From NCBI GenBank assembly GCA_036522215.1, contig DATDGH010000109.1, positions 1-42,375 on the forward strand: 42,375 nucleotides of DNA, given 5' to 3'. The notes under the pieces are model-generated. The model did not search any database. It was not told the DNA's origin and saw only the letters and a list, made by a program, of their open reading frames with translations. Origin of the DNA: Candidatus Angelobacter sp. (GTDB lineage: Bacteria > Acidobacteriota > Terriglobia > Terriglobales > Acidobacteriaceae). Shown here one piece after another: positions 24,960-32,112 of this stretch. Position numbers and translations under genes: made by a program. Each line of letters opens with the position of its first letter. Position 1 is the stretch's first letter.

Positions 24960-27674
24960 TTAATGCAAGTTGTCCAGGGCCGAGTTAATCTTTCGTAACA
25001 ACAGCTCAATCTCGCCTGATCGCTTCCGCAGTCCGTCCACCACCTTGGCGGGCGCTTTGCTTAGGAATTGCTCGTTCCCAAGCTGCCGCTGAGCATTGGC
25101 TAATTCGCCTCCCAGCTTGGTGCGTTCTTTGCCCAGGCGCTCGCGCTCGGCGGCGATGTCAACTTTCTGCTCATAAACAATGCAGACCTCAAACTTCGCC
25201 GTGGTGCGCGCTCCCGGGACCCTGGCCAGCGATTCATCGGCGAATTCCAGCGTTTCTGCGCCCGCCAGTCGCTGTACCATATTCCGGTTCTCCTCCACCA
25301 GCTTACGCACATCGGGGGCGGCAAAGATCCTTGCCGGCACCTTGAGCTTCTGCTCCACTTTCATCTCCGCGCGAATGTTGCGGATGTTCACTATCAGGTC
25401 CTGCAGTACAGCCATCTCCGCTTCCGCCTGATCATTCAGCCAGCGATGATCCGTCTCCGGATAGCGCGCCAGGGCGATAGACTTTGCCGGAGGCTTTCCG
25501 GCATGCACCGCGTGCCAGATCTCCTCCGTGATGAAGGGCATGAATGGCGAAAGCAGCCGCAACGCGCCCTCAAAGATTTCTCCCAGGAAAGCAAGGGCCG
25601 CACTGGCTTCCTTCGGCTCACCGGAGAGCCGCGGCTTGATGATCTCCAGGTAGCAGTCGCAGAAATCGCCCCAAAAGAAGCGATAGATGGTGTTCGCAGC
25701 TTCGTCAAAGCGATAGTTGGTGAGGTCGCGGTTGACCTCGCCCGCGACACGATGAAAACGTGAGTAAATCCAGCGGTTCTCCAACCGGTCCAGTTCCGGT
25801 TGAGGAGCGCCCTCGGTAAGGCTGGCGTCGCCGCCCAGGCGATCCAGATTCATGAAGACAAAGCGCGAGGCATTCCAGATCTTGTTGGCAAAAGCGCGGT
25901 AACCCTCCGTGCGGCTCTCAGAAAAAGCAATGTCAGTGCCCGGAGAAGCCATGGAAGCCAGGGTGAAGCGGACGGCGTCTGTGCCATAACGTTCCGTGAC
26001 CTCGATTGGGTCCACTACGTTGCCCTTGGTTTTTGACATCTTTTGCCGGTCGGCATCCCGGACCAGGGAATGAATGTAAACGTCGCGAAAAGGAACGATC
26101 CCTTGCGGATGGCCGGCCATGAAATGGCAACCCATCATGATCATCCGTGCCACCCAGAAGAACAGGATGTCAAAGCCGGTGATGAGCAGCGATGTTGGAT
26201 AAAAAACGTCCTGATCGCGCGTCTTTTCCGGCCAGCCCTGCGTGGTGAAGGGCAACAACGCGGAAGAAAACCACGTATCCAGAACATCATTATCCTGCTC
26301 CAACTTGCTGCTACCGCACTTGGCGCATTTTGCCGGCGCGAAGCGCGCGGCTGTAATCTCTTTGCATTCCAGGCAGTGCCAGGCGGGAATGCGATGCCCC
26401 CACCAAAGTTGGCGAGAGATGCACCAGTCGTAAATGTTCTCCATCCATTGCAGGTAAATGGTCTTGAAGTTATCCGGAGTGATGCGAATCTCTCCGTCCT
26501 CGACCACCTTCTTTGCCACAGCGGCCAGGCTCGGACCGCCATCTTTAGGCTGCTTGTTCACCGCTACAAACCACTGCGTGGAGAGCCGGGGTTCAACAAT
26601 GGTCTTGCAGCGATCGCACTTGCCGATGGCATAGGTGTGGTCTTTCATGCCTGCAAAGAGGCCCCGGTCCTGCAAATCGCGCAATATCATTTCCCGCGCT
26701 TCAAAACGATCATGGCCTGCATACTTGCCGGCATTTTCATTCATCATGCCCTGCTCGTCCATGACGCTGATTTGCTCCAGGTTGTGCCGCAGGCCGATCT
26801 GGAAATCGTTAGGATCATGGGCAGGAGTAACTTTGACCGCGCCGGTGCCGAATTGCGGATCGGCAAAATCGTCTGCAATGACGGGGATTTCACGGTCCAT
26901 CAGTGGCAACAAGAGCTTCTTTCCGATCAAGTGTTTATAGCGCTCATCTTTGGGATTCACTACCACTGCGGTGTCTCCCAGCATGGTCTCCGGACGGGTA
27001 GTAGCCACGGTCAAAAACTTGCCCGGATCGTCGACCATGGGATAGCGAATCTGATACAGCTTTCCCGCGTATTCCTCGTGCACCACTTCCAGATCAGAGA
27101 TCGCGGTCATGCAGCGCGGGCACCAGTTCACAATGTATTTGCCGCGATAGATCAGCCCTTCTTCATACAGGCGGACAAAGACCTCAGTCACAGCGCGGGA
27201 CAGGTCTTCATCCATGGTGAAATATTCACGCTCCCAGTCCACCGAGGCCCCAAGCCGTTTCATCTGCGCCTGGATGGCGCCGCCATATTCCTTCTTCCAG
27301 CACCAGACACGCCGGACAAACGCTTCCCGGCCCAGCTTCTGCCGGATGGCGCCTTCCTTTGCAAGCTGGCGCTCCACCATCATTTGCGTGGCAATACCGG
27401 CATGGTCGGTGCCGGGAAGCCAGAGAGTGAGAAATCCTCGCATGCGGCGCCAGCGCATGATGATGTCCATCTCCGTCTGGTTCAGCATGTGGCCCATATG
27501 CAGGCGGCCAGTCACGTTTGGCGGCGGAAGGAGCAGCGAAAATACAGGCCTTTTCGACTCTTCTGAGCCAGGCTGTGGCGTCCCGACCGAGAAGAGCTTT
27601 TCCTGGATCCAATACTCGGCCCATCGCGGTTCGATGGCGCCGGGATCATAAGTTTTCGGGAGGTCGTGTGACAT
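24960..27674 (-). CDS. valS: Valine--tRNA ligase
   Basis: 904 aa with the class I HIGH motif (PPPNVTGRLHMGH), KMSKS (KMSKTKGN), a CP1 editing domain and a C-terminal coiled coil. Confidence 0.97.
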   Translation of the reverse strand: MSHDLPKTYDPGAIEPRWAEYWIQEKLFSVGTPQPGSEESKRPVFSLLLPPPNVTGRLHMGHMLNQTEMDIIMRWRRMRGFLTLWLPGTDHAGIATQMMVERQLAKEGAIRQKLGREAFVRRVWCWKKEYGGAIQAQMKRLGASVDWEREYFTMDEDLSRAVTEVFVRLYEEGLIYRGKYIVNWCPRCMTAISDLEVVHEEYAGKLYQIRYPMVDDPGKFLTVATTRPETMLGDTAVVVNPKDERYKHLIGKKLLLPLMDREIPVIADDFADPQFGTGAVKVTPAHDPNDFQIGLRHNLEQISVMDEQGMMNENAGKYAGHDRFEAREMILRDLQDRGLFAGMKDHTYAIGKCDRCKTIVEPRLSTQWFVAVNKQPKDGGPSLAAVAKKVVEDGEIRITPDNFKTIYLQWMENIYDWCISRQLWWGHRIPAWHCLECKEITAARFAPAKCAKCGSSKLEQDNDVLDTWFSSALLPFTTQGWPEKTRDQDVFYPTSLLITGFDILFFWVARMIMMGCHFMAGHPQGIVPFRDVYIHSLVRDADRQKMSKTKGNVVDPIEVTERYGTDAVRFTLASMASPGTDIAFSESRTEGYRAFANKIWNASRFVFMNLDRLGGDASLTEGAPQPELDRLENRWIYSRFHRVAGEVNRDLTNYRFDEAANTIYRFFWGDFCDCYLEIIKPRLSGEPKEASAALAFLGEIFEGALRLLSPFMPFITEEIWHAVHAGKPPAKSIALARYPETDHRWLNDQAEAEMAVLQDLIVNIRNIRAEMKVEQKLKVPARIFAAPDVRKLVEENRNMVQRLAGAETLEFADESLARVPGARTTAKFEVCIVYEQKVDIAAERERLGKERTKLGGELANAQRQLGNEQFLSKAPAKVVDGLRKRSGEIELLLRKINSALDNLH

Positions 27675-27693
27675 TCGCTGAAAGATGAAACTA

Positions 27694-27737
27694 TGCCTTT
27701 TTAGTTTACCTCGAAGCGAAGCGAGAGGTCCCTACCG
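27694..27737. repeat. Dispersed 44-nt repeat, copy B (identical to 14323-14366)
   Basis: Same 44-mer as copy A in the same orientation, 19 nt upstream of the valS ATG on the minus strand. Confidence 0.9.
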
Positions 27738-28303
27738 CCTCAGAATCGCATCGGGCGGCAGGTTAGACGCTTTTCTACATCTATTAATAACATATTAAAT
27801 AATATAAATTTCTACTTGACAACATCGTAAAGGATGTGATCCACTGAAGATGGAGCCCCCAGGGGCTGCCGCAGTACTTTGATCTTTGAAAACTGAATAG
27901 AAATGGGAAGCACGGTGCCTCGCCTTACGCGGGACGCAGCCGGGGAAGTGTACTTAGCACCTGTGAATTGAATCCCGGACGCAGCCGAAGAAGTGTGCCT
28001 TGCGCTTTGCCAACCGGACGCTTGTGTTTGCCCGGTTTGCTATGGGTGTTGCCTTACCTGTTCCCTCAGGTTACCTCGACCTCAAAAGGTAACCTTAAAC
28101 CTGCCTGAAGGCTACTTTTTCCCCTGACGTGATCACGGGGCGGACTGGAAAACGGGTTTTGTCGCGCGGTGGAAGCGATGTAGCCTATAGCCCTTTTCAC
28201 CCAAAGGGCACAACCCAAAAACGCCTTTGCGACCCCTTTTTTAGCATCAACTCCTTATGAATCAAGGAGATGCGCAGCGTTACGGCCTTTGCTCCGATTT
28301 TCA

Positions 28304-28335
28304 GAAATGTCTATCAACTGAAATGTTTATCAACT
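28304..28335. repeat. Two adjacent 16-nt direct repeats GAAATGT(C/T)TATCAACT
   Basis: 28304-28319 and 28320-28335 differ at one position. Read directly from the sequence. Confidence 0.85.
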
Positions 28336-28336
28336 A

Positions 28337-28410
28337 GAGAAAAAACAACGAAGCTGTAGCCCAAAAGCCATGAACGGGTGGCGTAGAGACGCGCGCTAGC
28401 GCGGCTACAG
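28337..28410 (-). terminator. Possible terminator of the REC-domain gene
   Basis: On the minus strand: 8-bp outer stem CTGTAGCC/GGCTACAG (28403-28410 / 28354-28361) enclosing small GC hairpins, followed by CTTCGTTGTTTTTTCTC. The interior loop is long, so confidence is only moderate. Confidence 0.4.
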
Positions 28411-28537
28411 ATTTTGATGGGCTACACAACTCTGGTTCTGCTCTAAAGCAAACCCGAATTCATTCGAGCGGCTGGCGAAGAGCAAAACCTACCACTGATT
28501 ACACTATGGCTAGCTGCCAATCGCTATTTGCTATTTG

Positions 28538-30418
28538 CTATTTTTTTGCTTTCAGCTCGCGGGCGATCTCTTCGATCATCTGCGGTTTCAGCCGTTCCAG
28601 GATGCGGTCCACAACCGCAGTAATCATTTGCGTATCCGCCCCAACGCTAGCTGGGGCAGCGGCGGCAGCCGCGGCGGTCACGGCAGGCAGTGCGGCTTCA
28701 ATGTGCGCCTCCACACTCTGCTCCACAGCGGGTGCGCTCTGTTCCATAACCGGGGCAGGTTCCTCGGGAGCAGCGGCCTGGAATTGTGGAGTGACAGCTG
28801 GTTCCTCTTGCTTATGTTCCACCGGCGGTTCCAGGTAAACCGGTATTACCATTGTCGCTTCGGTGGTAATCAACATCGATTCCCGACTAGCCGCCGAGGT
28901 CTGAAATCCGCGATCGCCAGCAACAGCACCTTGCTCCATTTCCAATGGTTTTGGCGTGTTTACGGGTGGCGCATACTCAAACGAAGGTGTGACTTCTTCT
29001 GCGGCGGCTGGTGCGGATTCTTCAGCGGGCGGGTGTGTCTCTATCGCCGGAGGCGCCTCGTCAAATCTTTCTTCCGTCGGCGCGTCATAGATGGACATCG
29101 CGGCAGCAACTCTAGCTTCGAAGTCATCTTCAACGCCTGGCGGCTCGGGCTCCCTGACTACGTTCGTATGCTCAGGTTCCCGCTGATCTGAGGCTTTGCT
29201 GGTTTCTGCCTCTACTTGCGGCGCTTCGGACACGGCAACTCGAGCTTCGCTTGTCGCCGCCTCGGTCTGCACTTGCGCGGAAGCGTGATCAAAGCTGACT
29301 ACATCAATGGCCAATCCAGGATCGATGAACCCATGCGATTGGGTTGAGCTATCCTGGCTTGCTATCTCGGTACCGGCAGAGGCGACAGCTTTCTCTACCT
29401 CAGGTTGAATCTGAATTTCCGGTGAAACTTCCGATGAAACTGCAGACAATTCCGGTTCCCGATAGTCGGCGGCCGGAGGCGGCTCCGAAACAGCAAAATT
29501 CGCTTCCAAATCAGGCTCGACTGTATCTGCGATCTTTTCGTCAAAGGAAGGAGCACTGGTAGCGGGCGGAACCGCTGCCCATTGGCCGGCGCCATTCTTC
29601 TCTGATTTTGCAGAAGCTGGTTCCTGGACGGGAGCGGGCGCATCTTCGACCGACGATTGCAAAGAGACTTCGGCTTCCACAGGCGACACCAATTCAGGCG
29701 CCGGCGGCCACATCTCGACAGTGTCTTCCGGGTTTGCGGCTGCCGAATCGACAATGGGAGCAGGCGCTTCCACGGATTCCGATGACGCAACCGAAAACAT
29801 CTCTACTTCTGCCGCCGAGCCCGATTTGGGGACTGGCAGCGGATCGAGCGAATAGGCCGGGTCGGTTCCCAACATGTCGCTGAAAGCGGCAGTAGTTGCC
29901 ATGTTGTCGGGCACGTCTACGGTTGCTTGCGCCCCAACAACAACCGGTCTTGAGTTCGCTTCATTTGCGGAAGGCGGCTCAAATTCGGCAAAATCCGGTG
30001 GACGCTCCAGCAGGACGGTATCTTGTGCCAGGGCAATCGTCTTGGGAACTACTCGCTCTTCCAGTTTTTTGATCACCGCCAGCAGATCACTGGCTTCAAA
30101 CGGCTTGATGATGACGCCATCTGCCCTCACCCGGTTGGCATCCTCAGGCTTGTAGGGCTCCATTTTTCCCACGGTCAGCAATACAGGAGTCTTCAAGGTA
30201 TCAACGGACGCGCGAACCTTGTCGCACACTTCCAGGCCGCTGTAGCCGGGCATGTAGATATCGAGAATAATGATGTCGGGCTTGTGTTCTGCGATCTTTT
30301 TAACGGCGGCGGCGCCGTTGCTCACAGCGACAACTTCGTATCCTGCATCGGTGAGGATTTTTTTGCCCATGTTCTGGGCAGTCATGCTGTCATCAGCAAA
30401 TAAAATTCTAAAGGACAC
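28538..30418 (-). CDS. Response-regulator receiver (REC) domain protein with about 480-aa acidic Pro/Ala/Glu-rich low-complexity region and short conserved-looking C-terminal helix
   Basis: N-terminal REC domain (RILFADDS, DIIILDIYMPGYSG, GVIIKPF). The remainder is low complexity. The C-terminus ITAVVDRILERLKPQMIEEIARELKAKK is amphipathic. GTG start preceded by GAAGG. Confidence 0.85.
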   Translation of the reverse strand: MSFRILFADDSMTAQNMGKKILTDAGYEVVAVSNGAAAVKKIAEHKPDIIILDIYMPGYSGLEVCDKVRASVDTLKTPVLLTVGKMEPYKPEDANRVRADGVIIKPFEASDLLAVIKKLEERVVPKTIALAQDTVLLERPPDFAEFEPPSANEANSRPVVVGAQATVDVPDNMATTAAFSDMLGTDPAYSLDPLPVPKSGSAAEVEMFSVASSESVEAPAPIVDSAAANPEDTVEMWPPAPELVSPVEAEVSLQSSVEDAPAPVQEPASAKSEKNGAGQWAAVPPATSAPSFDEKIADTVEPDLEANFAVSEPPPAADYREPELSAVSSEVSPEIQIQPEVEKAVASAGTEIASQDSSTQSHGFIDPGLAIDVVSFDHASAQVQTEAATSEARVAVSEAPQVEAETSKASDQREPEHTNVVREPEPPGVEDDFEARVAAAMSIYDAPTEERFDEAPPAIETHPPAEESAPAAAEEVTPSFEYAPPVNTPKPLEMEQGAVAGDRGFQTSAASRESMLITTEATMVIPVYLEPPVEHKQEEPAVTPQFQAAAPEEPAPVMEQSAPAVEQSVEAHIEAALPAVTAAAAAAAPASVGADTQMITAVVDRILERLKPQMIEEIARELKAKK

Positions 30419-30451
30419 GCATACACCTTCAGGGCCGGCTCAGTTCAAGCA

Positions 30452-30480
30452 AACTTAACCTGTATTTCCTTTGCCGTCAA
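30452..30480 (-). promoter_or_regulatory. Sigma70-like promoter for the REC-domain gene (TTGACG-17 nt-TAAGTT)
   Basis: On the minus strand the -35 is at 30480-30475 and the -10 at 30457-30452. The predicted 5' UTR is about 27 nt. Confidence 0.5.
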
Positions 30481-30749
30481 TAAAAAGACTACCTCAGTAA
30501 TCCATTCAGGTATATCTCTTGCACGGTTCAGCCATTGGCCAAAAGTGCTAGCCCCACCGGAAGTGTATCGGCCTGATGACCACAGCCCTTTAGGAATCGG
30601 GTGATCGCAAGTGATCCAGTGACCTCCACTCCAAACACGTGACGCGTCGGGAACCCCGGTGATCGCCCTGATCGGGGGATTAGGATTTCCTAAACACCTT
30701 TTGCACACCCAGGAACCGGACGTTTTCGTCCCCAAAGCATCCTCGTACC

Positions 30750-32078
30750 TTAAAAGGGGATCAGCTTGCGCAAGCCTTTCTTGCCCTTCTTCTTGCTGCT
30801 CGAGTCCGGTTGATTGTTAGTACTTTGCTGTTGGCTATCTTGCGTGCTCGAAGCTGTGTTCTGAGTTCCATTATCTGACGCAACGCCGATATCATTGGTT
30901 CGCGGTGGCGGGTCAGGCGTGGTTCCGGATGCCGGCTGCTGGCTATCCTGACTGCTGGGCGGAGGCTGATTCGCAGGTGCGGTGCCGGTTCCGGCCTTTG
31001 AACTTTCAATGGTGGCCTTTCCCGATGCTTCCAAGAGCTCAGTATTCAGGTGTTGCACTATCGCAGCAGCGCTTTCAACCTCCTCTTCTCCCATGGGAGG
31101 CTCGCCCACCTTGGCGGATTTAGCTACGTCAGGATGCTTGCGGAAATTGCCCATCATTTTGTGAATTCTGCCGCTCGACTCGCGGCTGTCCTCTTCCGCC
31201 TTATTCTGGGCCACAGCTTCCGGAGTTGGGTTGGGAACCGGTGCCTTCATGGCTGTGAGCCGCTTGCGCGCATCATCAGCCCGATCCATGGCGGGATAGC
31301 GCGTAACAATTTTGGAATAGGTTTCAATGGCTTTCTTATCGTATTCCGCAGCCATCCTGGCCTTTAAGGTCTCTGCCAGTTGTTTCTGCAGCCGCATGCC
31401 GCTGGCTTCTTTTTCGAAAATGTTGCCAAGGAGGTACAAAGCCTCGTCCACGCCGCTATAGAGCGGATAGGAATCCACCAGTGAGGTCAAGCGCGCCTGC
31501 GCGGCGGCCAGATTGTTGCGGAGATAATAAAAATGAGCAATGCGCCATTGGCGGTCTGCCAGAATTTCCTGCACATCGCGTAACCGCTGCTTCGCTTCCG
31601 GCAGCAGTTTGCTGTCAGGGAATTGCTCGATCAGGCTCCTGTACTCTTCCGCCGCCCGCATGGCCTGGGTGTAGTCGCGGTCCGGTTTTTCCATCTGCCG
31701 ATAGTGAATGTAGGCCACTTTGAGCTGCGCCTCGGCCGCTTCCGGCATGTTAGGGAAGAAGGTAATAAAGTCTTTGTATTGCACCTCGGCCTGCTGCCAG
31801 GCGGCCGTGCCGCCTTCGGAATACCATGCATCTCCCAGCGACAGCTTGGCGCGCGCCACGTACTCCGAATCCGGATACGCATTAATCATCGTTTCCAGCA
31901 ACGTGCGTGCCTCCATATACCTGGCCTTCTTCATGGAGGTCATGGCCCGGTCATAGAGCTCTTTGTCAGGCTGTTTGGAGTTGACGTTGGCAATGGGATT
32001 CTTGACTTTGGAGTGATGGCATCCAGCCACGATGAACGGCATGGCCAGAACAAAAAGAACGACGAGTTTACGTAGCAT
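30750..32078 (-). CDS. bamD: Outer membrane protein assembly factor BamD (TPR lipoprotein) with Ser/Gln/Pro-rich C-terminal extension
   Basis: Lipobox FIVAGC. The TPR-rich YfiO/BamD body shows LYDRAMTSMKKARYMEA..., AEAQLKVAYIHY and ALYLLGNIF. About 150 aa of C-terminal low-complexity tail. Confidence 0.8.
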   Translation of the reverse strand: MLRKLVVLFVLAMPFIVAGCHHSKVKNPIANVNSKQPDKELYDRAMTSMKKARYMEARTLLETMINAYPDSEYVARAKLSLGDAWYSEGGTAAWQQAEVQYKDFITFFPNMPEAAEAQLKVAYIHYRQMEKPDRDYTQAMRAAEEYRSLIEQFPDSKLLPEAKQRLRDVQEILADRQWRIAHFYYLRNNLAAAQARLTSLVDSYPLYSGVDEALYLLGNIFEKEASGMRLQKQLAETLKARMAAEYDKKAIETYSKIVTRYPAMDRADDARKRLTAMKAPVPNPTPEAVAQNKAEEDSRESSGRIHKMMGNFRKHPDVAKSAKVGEPPMGEEEVESAAAIVQHLNTELLEASGKATIESSKAGTGTAPANQPPPSSQDSQQPASGTTPDPPPRTNDIGVASDNGTQNTASSTQDSQQQSTNNQPDSSSKKKGKKGLRKLIPF

Positions 32079-32112
32079 GTCCTACCCTCTATGAATTAAA
32101 GAACGCGGCAAC

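Noticed and set aside
24108-24998. 296-aa plus-strand ORF antisense to nadC
   Set aside because: The opposite strand encodes an unmistakable QPRTase, so this is an antisense shadow ORF.
26043-27566. 507-aa plus-strand ORF antisense to valS
   Set aside because: It lies entirely inside the well-supported valS CDS (HIGH/KMSKS motifs). Its Arg/His/Gln/Pro-rich composition is typical of shadow ORFs in GC-rich DNA.
14323-27737. The two 44-nt direct repeats as attL/attR of an integrated element
   Set aside because: The 13.4 kb between them encodes core housekeeping genes (valS, nadC, birA, coaX, comEC) with no integrase or phage/plasmid genes.
27675-27800. T-box leader upstream of valS
   Set aside because: I found no T-box sequence (GGGTGGTACCGCG-like) or specifier-loop architecture on the minus strand. 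The only GGTGG-containing stretch (about 28168) is on the wrong strand.
27969-27971. In-frame TGA as a selenocysteine codon joining the two mini-ORFs
   Set aside because: I could not find a SECIS-like hairpin immediately downstream of the TGA, and the window has no sel genes. The idea is purely speculative.
27675-28537. Chromosomal replication origin (AT-rich island plus DnaA-box-like 9-mers)
   Set aside because: The boxes match only 6-7 of 9 positions and I saw no perfect TTATCCACA. There is no dnaA/dnaN nearby. Genes on both sides are on the same (minus) strand, with no orientation switch as expected at oriC. I keep it only as a minor note under the tandem-repeat finding.
28506-29191. 110-aa and 218-aa plus-strand ORFs antisense to the REC-domain gene
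   Set aside because: They are low-complexity mirror frames of the acidic repeat region. The minus strand has a clear REC domain.
30445-30735. 96-aa TTG-initiated ORF between bamD and the REC gene
   Set aside because: It has a Trp/Gly/Cys-rich improbable composition, a non-ATG start without a Shine-Dalgarno, and overlaps the predicted REC promoter. I treat it as non-coding (see the finding on this spacer).
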